DNA from: Rebecca billardiae RCC1528
Taxonomy: Eukaryota; Protista; Haptophyta
Direction of reading: 5' to 3'
DNA length: 64,000 nt
Assembly (NCBI GenBank): GCA_965240325.2
Contig: OZ251241.1
Coordinates: 1,116,001-1,180,000 of the forward strand
In this document: positions 33,345 to 47,145 of the stretch, piece by piece
Numbering within the stretch: position 1 is the first letter of the stretch
How the letters are laid out: every line of letters begins with the position of its first letter
Position numbers and translations under genes: made by a program
The notes under the pieces: model-generated
Told to the model about the DNA's origin: nothing
Seen by the model: the letters and a program-made list of their open reading frames with translations, nothing else
Databases searched by the model: none

Positions 33345-35047
33345 GGCTTGTTGCATTTTGAAGTGAGACCAAACGCGACATCGGAGGGAATTTCGGCGAG
33401 CGAATTTTTTTCATGATGGCCGCTGCCGCGCTGCGGCGGCGGCCACGGGAGGCGCTCAGGAGGCGCGCGTCGCACCAGACGACGCGCGTCGACGCTTGCC
33501 TACGGTTCTAGACAGAGTGTGCGCCACGCTGCATGCTATACAGTCACGGCACGCTCGGCAGTCAGGTCGACACTCGTCGACGCCGTCCGCGTGCAGTGCC
33601 GACACGAGTTGTGATCGAGCGCGTCGGCGCGCTCAGCCATCTGGTCGAGAATCATGCTGTGGTCTGCGGCCGAGAGAACGACCGGGATCTTCCTCAACGC
33701 CTTCCCCATCGTGCTCGAGTTGTGCGTAGTCTCGCCCGCGGGCGCGCTCGCAATCACCATCTGCAATCTGCGCTCGCCTTGCGGTGCAGCGCTCCTCGGA
33801 GTGCCACCACGAGAGCTCGCGGTACTTCTACTGGGTATTGGAGGAGTCGAAGGTGCGCCAGCCAAGTAGATGAAGTCGACCACCTCGGTGCCAGCCACGA
33901 TCAGTCCCCAGACGCCCCCAAAGCAGTGTCGGGGTCTAGAGGTAAGCGTCGAGGATCAGTAGAAGCTTACGGCGCAGTGTCCGAACGGTGCTCAACAGGA
34001 CAGTACTGCAAGAGAATGAGATAGTACTCGTAGGATTCACTGTCATCAGACTAGTTGCCGCCGGCGTCATCCACGGCTGGGATGGCCCCGTTGTGACCGG
34101 GCTCAATGAGTGCCACGCGTCGCTGCTGGTCGTCCAGGAAGCGCTCTGCGAGCCAGTGTCAACCCGGAGCTGATGCGCTCGGGCCTCGGTGGCGCTCGAG
34201 GAGGGCGCCCCGCATTATCAGCTTCACCGAGGAGATCGCGCGCTGGCTGGGGACGGCCAAGCAGATGAACACGGAGCTGGGCGGCTCGGAGCTGATTATG
34301 AACCGCACGCGCGCGCAGCTCGCGAGGACGCGCGATCGTGTGGTGGTACCCTACGCCGAGATCACCGCGACTTTCCGGGCTACGACACAATCGACCCGGC
34401 GACGCGCGACGAGAAGCGCGCCCGCACTCAAGCCGGAAGAGCTTCCACAACCTGCGCATCGACCAGGCGGGTCGCATGTGGGTGTGTCGCTGGCCGTGCT
34501 CGTGCGCACCGTGCCGTGCCGCGCTCCCGCGCAACATGCGCCCGACATCCGGTCCCTGCGCGCTCCGCCCCATCTTCAGCGAGCTCAACGACTGGCACGT
34601 CGCACGACGTGACGGCGCAGCTCCAGCGGAAGGCCGGCGCTGGAGCTGAGGACTCGGACGATGAGATCGAGGTCGACCGGGACTTGCGTAGCGCCTCGTG
34701 CCCGCCTCCTCACGCGTCTTGCGGGCTGCAGCATGCGCTGAATCTTGAGCTCCAGCCCTTCTGAGCTTTCTTGCCGCGTCGACCGCGCGCGGAGAGCTTC
34801 TGCTTCCGCTTGGACATGAGGGGGTGCCCACTTGGATGCAGAGTGTTCTCGACGTAGGTCACGCCCCAGCCTGGCGCAAGTGGATTGCTGCACTCACGAC
34901 AACCTCAGGGGTGCAGCGATCGCGTTCCCCGCGGTCCAGACGCCATCCTCGTCGAGAACACTCTGCATCCAACCGGGCGTCACGCGGATTCCCACTGGGA
35001 TGTCGCCGTCACATATTTGTTGGTATTTATTCAATTTGCAACAGGCC
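33345..35047 (+). mobile_element. Decayed DNA transposon, Sola2-like, with 4-bp TSD
   Basis: 18-bp imperfect TIR GGC(T/C)TGTTGCA(TT/AA)TTGAA; CCAT at 33341-33344 and 35048-35051; frameshifted IQSRH, WRSRRCASQ, HG..GP/CD/GLN and CSCAPC peptides in the expected order. Confidence 0.75.
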
Positions 35048-35722
35048 CCATGCCGCAGCAGGTGCCAGCTGTTTAGTGTGGCGGGGTAATTATATTGGCA
35101 CAATAATATAATTATAAGTGACAGATGATATTAATTGATATATATGACGATGTTATATACGTAATACGATACACTCACTATACGAGCAGCCCGAAGACTC
35201 GTCCGAAGAGGTCGGAAAAAGACGGTACCGGGAGCACAATGCGCGCGCGCGTATATCAACACCTGCGCGCCTGCCATTCGGCTCATCGAGGCGGAGGCAG
35301 GCGCGGGCCGAGCGCATGCAAGTCCGGCTGCCATCTTGGCCACCCTCTTCTCGTAATGCCACGAGGGACTTTCGAGCCTGCTCTGTGCGCTCGCACAACG
35401 GCCCAGAACTACTTAACTACTCGCTGTGCTGCTCCTGAGCCTTATTGAGCGGGTTGACATGGTGGCACTGGACAGCCATTGGTAACCTGATGGATTCTTT
35501 CATCTGGCGCCGAGCCGACCGACGCGGCTCTGTGTCTCTCTCGCTCACGCAGTGGACGACGCCCTTCATTTCGGAAGCGCCCGTGACTGTCCTGATCGGC
35601 TGATGGCTGCAGCTGTTCTGGGCCCGCATCTTTCAGGGCGCCCGCCGCTGCACGATGGTGCCTCGTGAGTCGTGCCTCGCTCTCGTGCGGCTTGGCGGTT
35701 CTCGAGCTGCGTCTTTCAAGCT

Positions 35723-35724
<2 letters not shown>

Positions 35725-35753
<29 letters not shown>

Positions 35754-35823
35754 CTGAGACGGTGAGAGAGAGAGTAAGACGGAGAGAGACGAGAGAGTAG
35801 TCCGAGACGGAGAGAGAGAGAGC

Positions 35824-35917
<94 letters not shown>

Positions 35918-35995
35918 GATCTATATATATATACATATATATACACACACACACACGCGCGCGCGCGGTACACACAGTACACACACACACACGAC
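35725..35995. repeat. (GA)n/(TA)n/(CA)n microsatellite cluster
   Basis: Direct reading. Confidence 0.95.
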
Positions 35996-36247
35996 GACAT
36001 ATCATAGTAGAGTACGTAGCATATTCGTAACGGGCCCGACAGGGCGATTCTGGATTCAGGCGACAGGGGCCCCGTGGCCCGCCGTATGCGGGCCGCGCCC
36101 GGCAGACCGGCCAACCGACCGCGGAACTCGTCCGACAGCATTGAGCTGCATATCAGCCCGCTGCCCCCAGGCCCCACCGGAGCATCACAACCAGCATCAT
36201 CACATCGTCATCATCATACTGCGCGCGGCTGCTAGATATACGACTGT

Positions 36248-36834
<587 letters not shown>

Positions 36835-36835
36835 G

Positions 36836-38050
<1,215 letters not shown>

Positions 38051-38245
38051 TATTATCGAGCTGTAGTAGTCTTAGAGCCAATAGAGGGCATATCAGGCAT
38101 GGCCGGGTCGGGTTGTAGTGAGGTCCTCAGCGTCCATCATCAGACTGTCGTCAGGCCGCGCTGGCGCCGCCGCGCGTGCGGGTGAGTAGGCAGTGCGTTG
38201 CGGACGCCGGTCGGCATCATTCTGCTGTCATGAATCGATTGCCCA

Positions 38246-39890
38246 TCAACTTGGACTTGTGCTGCGGAAGAGCCGCGGCGGGTTGAGGAGCTGATGCAGC
38301 GGTGCGCCCACGATCACGCTGGCAGCCTTGCCGCCTGGTTCCTGCGTCACCTCGAACGTGGCAATGCCGCTCGGCCCACCATCGCCGTAGCCGTAGCAGT
38401 TGAGCACAACCAGAGGCCACTCGGGCTTCCGCTGGTGGCTCTCGAACGGGATCGACTCCCATCCGCCGGCGGACGAGCGCCGGCGCAGGAGTGCGTCCTC
38501 CGCGCACGGGCACGGCTGCGTCGCGCCCCAGCCTGTCCGGAGCTCGTTGGGTGGGCACGTGCGCATGCGCCGCTCGCGCTGCCCCGGGATGGTGCACTCA
38601 GGCGTCGTCATCACCAGCTCAGGGCGGCGCGACACGCCGCTCATGATCTGCAGGCTGTCGTACCCGAGCAGGCGGGCGCACAGGGCAAGGTGGTTGTCTA
38701 CGCGCTCGCCGAGCTCGTCGCTCGCGAGGAAGTTCCCTCCTCTCGGCCGCCGCTTCGAGCCGTTGACCAGGTACCGGGGCGGCGGGCCGTACTCACGTGG
38801 GTAGCCGTGGAGGGCAGTCAATCCCAGCTGCTTCCTGCAGGTCTCGTAGAAGGGTATCCGCATTGGGATGACCAACGTGCGCCCGACGTTGACAAAGATG
38901 CCTGTGCCGCGCGCATATGGCTCGAGCAGCGGCCAGTACCTGCCGCGGGGCAGGCAATCACGCATGGCGGCGGCGCGGCAGGCGGCGCGCTGTCGAGAGG
39001 CGGCTCGCGCGGCGCGGCGCAGCGCGAGCGCAGCCCTGAGGCTCGCGCGGCGGCCGCGAGCGACCCGCGCCCGGGCTCCGGCGCGCAGCCGCGCACCAGC
39101 AACCGTACACGAGGCCCTCAATCAGGTGCGTCTCCTTGCGCAGCACCTCGACCCACGTGTGGTTGGGGTGCGGCGCGTGTTTGCGTGCGTGCGGACCGTC
39201 CGGCGGGCTGCCCCAGCGCAGCAGGATGTACGGCTGCACCGTGCGACGGCCCAGCCGCGCATCGGTATTCAGGTTGCCGTACAGCTGGATCACATTCGGT
39301 GGCGGCGGCTCCGCGCTGCCGCGCGCGCCCTCAGGCAGCGGCTCGGCCCCTGCCGCATCAGCGTGCGCGCTCGCGTCCGCATGCGGCAGCGATTTCACGT
39401 CTGTCGCAAGCAGCAGCCCCGCGTTCGCGTGCGGGTGCTGGCTGCGCTGGGGCTGCGCTCTGAGTGCGTCGGCGCGCGGCAGGCGCGCACTCTCGTACCA
39501 GCCCAGATCCACGCACGTCTGTGCGGCGCAGCGCGGCTGCGAGGGCTGCAACGACCAATCCTTGCTGCGGCGGCAGGTCGGATCCCAGGGGATGGCGAGC
39601 TCGCCGTGCGCCGCAGTTGTGGGCCAGAGGAGCGCGCCGAGCGTGCCCATGTCGAACGGCAGCGCCAGGCTGCCGTTGTACACGCTGCGCAGGTACGGGT
39701 AGAACGGCGAGCGCTCGTCATGCACGACCGGCAGCACGGCGAATGCGTGCAGGGCGTCCGACACGCGGCAGAAGGAGAAGCACGCGCACGCCGGCGGCAC
39801 GAGTAGCGCGCTCGCCGAGGCCGTGGAGTCCACGCTCGCGGGGGCCACCAGCGCGGTGAAGGCCAGCACGGGCGGCCATCGCCCAGCCAT
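38246..39890 (-). CDS. Secreted hypothetical protein, 2 exons
   Basis: Signal peptide; intron 38940-39096 joins WVEV..GCW to YW..ARGTGIFVNVGRT in frame; GYDSLQ motif. Confidence 0.7.
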
Positions 39891-40228
39891 CAATTTTGGG
39901 TGCTTGGGCCCAGGAGGACGGGCCGCATTGCCGCAAGCCGGGCAACGCCTGATGCAACGTTGGGACGGACGGCGATGGAGTGCAAGTAGATGAGCACAAA
40001 GGCCCAAGAAGATGATGAACTGAAGCAGTGATGATCACTGCTCCGACGTCGCCGTAGCCGAGTCTATACAGTATACTCTGACTATGCTGTGACGGTACTA
40101 CTACCGTGATGACGTCTGCGTCACTACGCACGACCCTTGATCGGCCCTTGATCACGTACGCAACACGTGTATCGTCGACCGCCATCGTACCATCATCAGA
40201 CAGAATAATCCCACGCCATCGTCAGACG

Positions 40229-41172
40229 TCAATGATTGACGGTGGCAGCGTGAGATCGCACAAAGAAGATGCAGCGGCAGCTTGGTGCATCATGGTCATG
40301 CGCCTGGCGATGAGCAGAGGCGCGATCGACGAGCAACGAGCCGGTCAGCATGTACCAGGTACACGGGGGAATGCAGACCCAGTCTCCTGGGCACAGTTTT
40401 CTCGCCGTGTCGCTGAGCTCCTTGCACACGGTCGGCGAGCGGAGCCCAGGCGTGCGCCGGGGTGTGTGCTCGTCAGCATCCGGCGCCGGCCCCTGGCACA
40501 TGGCATCTGCGCGCTCCATGTGCAGCCAGGCGCAGCCTCCCTCGAGCACGCGCAGCGAGACCAGGCTTTGGTGCGTGTACCTCCAAGGCTTTGTCGCCCG
40601 AGGGCCGATCAAAAGCTCGCCAGCATCCCAATCGTTGGGAGACTTGAAGACGTGAGCCACCGAGTATCCACCTGCATGCGCATGCGCGGGCACAAACGCG
40701 CGTGGTCAGCATGTCAGCTCGGCGCGAGCGACGCGCTTGGCACAGTACTTTGCGCGTATGAATGTGTACACTGCGCGCGCTCACGCGAGGTTTCGCTAGG
40801 AATGTCCGGCTCCTCAGCGCACGTGTCGCGAATGCTCACGTGTACTAGCTCTGCGACAGAATGCTGCTCCGAGGAGTTGCCAAGGCCGGCGCGCGACGCC
40901 AGGGCGGTAGGACGAGTCACGGGGTAATCACAGCTGCTGATGTCGTTCACGAGAGTGCCTCGGAGAACGAGAGCGACGTCGGTGTCGGAAGGGTTTGCTG
41001 CGCGTTCAGCGCGGTGCTCAAGCTCGGGCACGCGAGCATTGGGCGTGCGATCTGCACGGCCACGCTTGTTGGGCGAGGACGGCGTCAACGAGTCCTCGTC
41101 CTGCCTAGCGTCGTCCACGGGAGCATTGTTGTCAATCCGCGCCAGGGCGCTGGCGGTGCGCTTCGCCGGCAT
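40229..41172 (-). CDS. Cupin protein resembling the CENP-C/Mif2 C-terminal cupin, 2 exons
   Basis: Intron 40672-40784 (GTGAG..GCTGAC..CAG) joins two ORFs in frame; AGELLIGP...K and GDWVCIPPCTWY. Confidence 0.55.
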
Positions 41173-41751
41173 GTCGGATCTGCTCGATGCTGAGGCGCTG
41201 CCAAGGCTCTCGCGGCGCGCAATCGTTCGCGTGAGCCGCCGCCGGCAGGCGTCGCCCGACCCACCCGTCCCAGCCCCCTACATCAAGGCCCCTGGTATTG
41301 AAAAATACCCGCAGCTATTCGTTGCCAGTCCATTTCATAGTCACTGAGCTCAAAAACCTCGCTGCGAAGTTTTTGAGCCCGCTGAGCCGAAGACGGGCTC
41401 AGAGGCTTTCTGGGACGGGTGGCCTCGACTGCGCGAGTTCGAGTGAAGGCCGTGTGCAGCTGTCCAGCGACGATGACAATGACGATCTCTTTTTTAAATG
41501 GGTGGATCGCTGAAATGACGATTTTATTCGTCAAAATTCATCGATCGTCATCGTCATATTCTGCTCGCCGGATGATGACGACGACGGGATTCGGCGGACC
41601 GCGGACGAGATGTCAAATTGCGCGGGATGATGCCTGAGTCTCTTAACATTGCAGCGTCGGCATTGACGAAGATCGGGCAGCGGACGCGGGTCCAAACCGG
41701 ACGCCGCACAGTCATCCATCTACTGACAGTAGCACACTCTTATTCGGCAGC

Positions 41752-44617
41752 CTACTCGTCGCGGAAGTCGAGCGGCGCGCGCTCCGCCGCCTTGATGATG
41801 TGCCTCAGGTAGTCTGCAACCGTCTGCGGCGTCGTGAGCGCGGCCACCCGGCCCACCTGGCCAAAGCGCGGCAGCTCGAGCTGGTTGAAGCACGTGTGCG
41901 CCTGCACGTGGTCGGGCACCGGGTGCGCGATGCTCTTGACGGTGATCTGGATGCCCGTGATGCCCCAGAAGTCGGTCCAGTGGTGCTCCATCGCGGCAAA
42001 ACCGGCGATCGGCGGCGCGTCCGAGCCGGTCCACCACCAGAGCAGCCGACGCAGCTCGGCGGCATCGAGCAGCTCGACAGCGCGCCAGAAGAGATCGACC
42101 ACCTCGCGCTCTCCCGGCCCGGCCTGCCACAGCGCGTACCGGTGGCCGCCCGAGTTGTCCGGGCCGTACGTGACAGCGCCGCGCATCTCTGCCACGTCGA
42201 TCACGTCGGGCCCGCACACGAGCAGCTGCAGCTCCGCGGGCGAGCACGCGTGCACCCACTCGCCGCCCACGGCGCGGTAGAAGCCGCCGTCGGAGTCATC
42301 GCGGCCGACTGCGACCGCGGCGTCGCTCGCCCAGCGGCCGATGAGGTACTCGAAGCCGGCGATGGCGGCGGGGCCGAGGAATGCGTGCTCGAGGAGCATG
42401 CCCACGCCGCCGCCCCCGGACGCTGCGCGCCGCGCCGCGCCCTCCGCCTCTGCCCCGAGCCCCGCCGCTCTCGCGCGCGCGCTGAGCGGCAGCAGCGAAT
42501 CGCAGTACTCGGCGCAGCTGGTCCCGGCCTTGAGTGCGGCGAGGAGCGCGTCGGCGTGCTCGGCCGAGACCAGGTCGTACTCGAGGAGGGACTCGGGGAG
42601 CAGCAGGTCGAGGAGGAGCGTGTGCTCGAGCTCGGCGCGGGTCATGCCGTGCGCGCCCGCGCCGCTGCCGCCATCGCCCGGTGCCACCGTCGTCGCCGCG
42701 GCGCCCGCAGCCGGCGCGCACGACGCGGGCGCGGGCTGTTGCGGCGCGGCGGCCGCCGTGCCGCTGCTCGCGCCGGCGCCAGCGTCCGCCTCGGCCGCGC
42801 CGGCGCCGCGGAGCACGTCGTACGCCCTCGCCCCGCCGAACGAGCGCAGTGTGCCGATCGCTCCCAGCAGCCCCTGCACGAGCTGGTCGCCTCTCAGAAT
42901 GGCTAAGTCCTCGAGTGCCGGCCGCGCGCCGCGCGGGTCGTGGAGGCGGCGCCAGATGAAGGGGTGCAGCGGCCGAGCGTCGACGGGGAAGTTGTGCAGC
43001 AGCGAGAGGCCGAGCACCACGCCGAGCGTCTGCAGCACGCGGCCGCGCGCCTCGATGGCCGAGAGGTCGGCCGTCCAAAACACGAACGGAGCGCGCGAGC
43101 ACGGCAACAGCAGGGGGACGCCGTCGCTGCCGCCGCCGCCGGGCGCGGCGCCGAGCGCGCTGCGCGCACTCCCGCCTCCGCTGCCGGCGGCGCCGCCGCC
43201 CGCGACGGCGGGCGCGGCGCGCGGCGCGCTCGCGAGCTCCGCCATGTCACCGCTCACCGCCTCGCCGAGCGGCGCGCCGCCCGCGTCGCCGCCGCGGCGC
43301 GTGCCGAGCACCCGCCTAACAAACTCTGAGAGGACAGCCTTGGTGATCCCAGTCTGGTCGTTCGACTTGGCGACGACGCCGTTGGTGCAGAGCTCGAAGG
43401 CGAAGCGGCGGGTGATGTCCTTGGGCGAGAGCGCGCCCTCGGGCGAGACGCGCGGGAACGCGAGGTGCAGCGCCGACGCGACCGAGGCCACGAGCTCGGT
43501 CGTCTCGACGCGCACGCGCGTCGCGTCGGTGTGCAGCACGGGCAGTTGCGACACAAAGTTGGCCGCGTCCGACCGGACGAGCGTGCCCTTCGACGCGGCG
43601 CTGAGGAGGAACGGGCACGCCTGCGCGAGGGCGCGGAGCGAGGCGAGGGTCTCGTGCTCGCCCGGCGTCGGCGGCACCGCCGACGGCTCGCCCACCGAGC
43701 CCGACGCGCGCTGCTCGAGCGTCGCGAGCCGTTCTGAGAGCACGCGCTCAGCAAACGGGCTCGGCTCGGCGGGCGAGGCCGGCAGCGCGACGCCGTCGTC
43801 GTCGATCAGGCCGGAGCGGCGCGCGGCGTGCCAGAGCTGGCGGAGGGCCCACGCGGTGCCGCCCTCGCGCAGCAGCGCGTCGACGCGCGCGCGGCCGACG
43901 GGGCCCGAGCGCAGCGTGAGGCCGAGCGAAGCCTTGAGCGCTGGCAGCGAGGGCATGCGCGCGCCGAGTGCCGTCGCGCCGGCTGCGCCGCCCGCGCCGC
44001 CGCTCGCGTCGGCGCCGCCAGAGGCGCCGGCCGCGGCAGGACCGATCGGCCGCGCGTGCGCAAGCGGGGCTACGGACGCGGAGGGCGCGACGCGCACGGC
44101 GCTCGCCGTGGGCGGCGGCGGGCGGCGCGCGCGTGCCGCTCCCACCGAGCCGTCCGCCCCTCCGCCGCCCGGAGTGTTGACGGTTGGCTGCACGCCCGCG
44201 CCGTCGGCAGCGGTACCCGCGGCGGCGGCGGCGGCGCTGTCCGCGCTGCCTTCGGCGCCGGCGGGCGGAGGGCTCGGCTTGGGGCGCGGCGGGGCGGCGG
44301 CGGACGCCGCCGCGGCGGAGGCCGCCGCCGCCGCCGCCGCCGCGCCGTCGACAAGCGCTCCGCCCGCGCCGGTTGCGGCCGCGACCGCCGACGACGCTGC
44401 GGCCGCCGCCGCCGACGAGCTTAGGTCGATGAAGAAGCGAAGGCGGCAGATGCGCACGACGCCGTCGGTCGGCGGCTGCGCGAGCTGCGCGACGAGCCAG
44501 CGCCGACGCAGCGGGTACGCGGGCGACGAGGCCAGCGCATTCTCCGCGTCGGCGGTGCGTGGCGACGGTCCGGACTCTGCTGCTGCAGCGTCTGCTTCTG
44601 CAGGGGCGTCACGGCCC

Positions 44618-44651
<34 letters not shown>

Positions 44652-45513
44652 ACGCCGCCGGGCTGTCGCACGCGAGCACGACCTGGCACGCCTCGCCGAA
44701 GAAGAGCCGCACGAGCGAGGGCGCGCGCAGCGCGTGCAGCGACTCGCTCGCGAGGATGTACTCCACGTGCAGCCCGCGCCCGCCATTGCTGAGCACGTCC
44801 ACGAGCTCGTCGACGGCGCGCGCGGACGTCTGCGGCAGCGGGTCGATCGTGAGGGAGAGCCGCACGTTGCGCGCGGCACCCGCCACGGGCACCGCGCCCG
44901 ACGAGGCGGCGTCGAGCGTGGCGGCGGCAGCGAGTCCCGGCGGCAGCCTGCCGCCGTCCGCCGCGGGCGCGCCCGCCGCCTCCGCGCGCGCGGCGCCGGC
45001 CGGAGTGACGCCTGAGCTCGGCGATGGGCTCACCTCGATCGTAAGCGGCTTCTCGGTGAGGTCGAGCTCGATGCACGAGCCGTGGCGCCAGGGCAGCATG
45101 AAATCGTTCCACGCCTGCACGCGCGCCGTCACCTTGCCCGTCGACGCGGTCGCGCCGCCCGCGCCGCCGTCGGCGCCGCCACCCGTGAGAGAGAGACCTG
45201 CGCTCGCAATCACTGTGAGCGCGGGCACGCCGGGCGGGACGCGGAGGGCGGTATCCCACTGCGGGGCGCCGCGGAGGGACTGGGCCAGGATAGAGCGCGC
45301 CCACGCCGTCGGCTCCTCGAACGCGAGCTCCTCGCGCTCGGCGAGCAGGGTGGTCGCGAGGCGGTCGTTCCCAAAGAGCTCGCCCACACGGGGCGCGCGG
45401 AGGTCGGCGACCGGGGTGACGACGCGGGTGGGCGCGGAGAAGCGCGGCGTGCGGACGAGCGCGACAGCCGGACCGTCCTCGTCCGACGAGCCCCGTCGGC
45501 AGCACCACCACAT
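41752..45513 (-). CDS. HECT-type E3 ubiquitin ligase
   Basis: ELQLLVCG..IDV.E, FW..V......R.LL...TGS and AHTCFNQLELP with the catalytic Cys. Confidence 0.88.
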
Positions 45514-45871
45514 CCGAGTGGCGCGGACGAAGGCGGGCGGTCCACACACCACGGGCGGCCGCGGGCGGGCGCTTGGGCGGGGGATGGATGAGCTCGGGCG
45601 AGGCGGGCGTGCCCGTGAAAGAAAAAAGAAACCAATAGGGGGTACCGTACGTGTATGTATGTGGGTATCCTATGGGGGTAAGAGACCAGTCGTCTCTTGC
45701 CCAGGACCGGGGGCGCAAAGCTTGCAAGGCCAAGCCGCTTCCGGACTCGTGCGACCCTCGGGCCGTACAGCAGCCTGCGGAGTCGCCACGTAGGCATGCT
45801 ACTATGACTTAGTGTCGTATAGTTGGGCTGATCTGCCACTGAGTGTGTGTGCTGACACCGCTGCGGATACG

Positions 45872-46915
45872 TTACGACTTGCCCCCGCCAGCAGTGGCAC
45901 GTGCCGCACGCGCCACAGGTGAAGCCAACTGCGGCTGCGGCAGCGGGGTCGCTCCTGCAACATCGTCGAGTGCCACGTCGCTCACAGGCGCGATGGGCAC
46001 CGGCTGCTTCAGCTCGGCGAGCAGAAGGTTGCGATTGTTCGCGGCCTGCGTGTACTCAGGGTCCATCTCGGCGGCCTTGCTGAAGTGGCCGAGCGCGTCC
46101 ACGCGCCGTCCGAGGTCGCGCTCGATGCACGCGAGATTGTTGAACGAGATCGCAGACGTCGGGTTCTCCTCGATCGAGCGGAGCAGGCTGGCGTGCGCGG
46201 ACTCGAGGTCACGCCGTATGCGCTGGACGAGCGCGCGGTTGCTCAACGCCCGGTCGTGGCTCGGATCGACCGCGATCGCGCGCTCGAAGTCGACCATCGC
46301 GAGGTCAAAGCGCCGCGACTCGTAGTAGGCCACACCGCGGTTGTTGATCGTGTCCGCGTTGCGCGGCTGCAGCCGCAGCGCGCCGGTGATCGAGCGCACG
46401 GCCTCTTCGAGGAGGCGCTGCCACGCGCGCTCCGGCTCCTTGCGCGCTTTTGCCTCCTTGCCCAGCTCGAGCTGCAGCCGGCCGCGCTGATCGAGCAGCG
46501 CGTACTCGACGTCCGCGGGCGGCTGGCCCTCGGCGTCCTCTGCGGCGAGAGCCTCCGCCTTCTCGAGGTCCTTCAGCCCCTGCTCGAGGTTGCCAGCGGC
46601 GCCTACCGCCTTGGAGAGCTGGAGCATGCATTGCCACGAGCTCGGCTGCATGAACGCCGCGCGCTTCGCGTCTTTGACCGCCTGCTCGCGCGCATCGAAC
46701 GCGGTCGAGTCTCGTCGGTAGTGCGCCGACAACGCACGGCTGCGCTCAAGGAAAGCCAGGTGGCTCGTGGGCGCGAGCGCGACGGCCTCGTTGAGCACCT
46801 CGGTTGCGCGGGTGTACTCCTTCGCCTCGATCAGCGCTCGGCCCTCGGCGATCAGCGCTCGGCCGCGCTCGAGCTGCTCGAGCACGCCGCCCTCGGCGGC
46901 CGCCGGGGCATCCAT
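45872..46915 (-). CDS. TPR-repeat protein
   Basis: Repeated NNRG.AY / A..DF.RAI..DP / NNLA patterns. Confidence 0.88.
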   Translation of the reverse strand: MDAPAAAEGGVLEQLERGRALIAEGRALIEAKEYTRATEVLNEAVALAPTSHLAFLERSRALSAHYRRDSTAFDAREQAVKDAKRAAFMQPSSWQCMLQLSKAVGAAGNLEQGLKDLEKAEALAAEDAEGQPPADVEYALLDQRGRLQLELGKEAKARKEPERAWQRLLEEAVRSITGALRLQPRNADTINNRGVAYYESRRFDLAMVDFERAIAVDPSHDRALSNRALVQRIRRDLESAHASLLRSIEENPTSAISFNNLACIERDLGRRVDALGHFSKAAEMDPEYTQAANNRNLLLAELKQPVPIAPVSDVALDDVAGATPLPQPQLASPVARAARATAGGGKS

Positions 46916-47145
46916 GCGGCGCCGTGTATCCCGGTGGGCGTGACAGTTCGATGGGTGACTCTGTGAGCTTTGGGATCCAATCTCCGGACCGAAGCTGATA
47001 GAACCGGACCGGGTTGCTCACCAAACGAAAACGCAGCAGCGGAACCGGAAACTGACGGGGGCCTGCCCAGGCCGGCCGTGGTCGTTGACCGACGGGCTGG
47101 TCGGGCCGCGCGAGCGACTCGCCCTCTCGCCCGGCACGGTGAGCC

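Noticed and set aside
42341-45793. 1150-aa plus-strand ORF and many other Arg/Ala-rich ORFs
   Set aside because: Shadow ORFs of real genes in very high-GC DNA.
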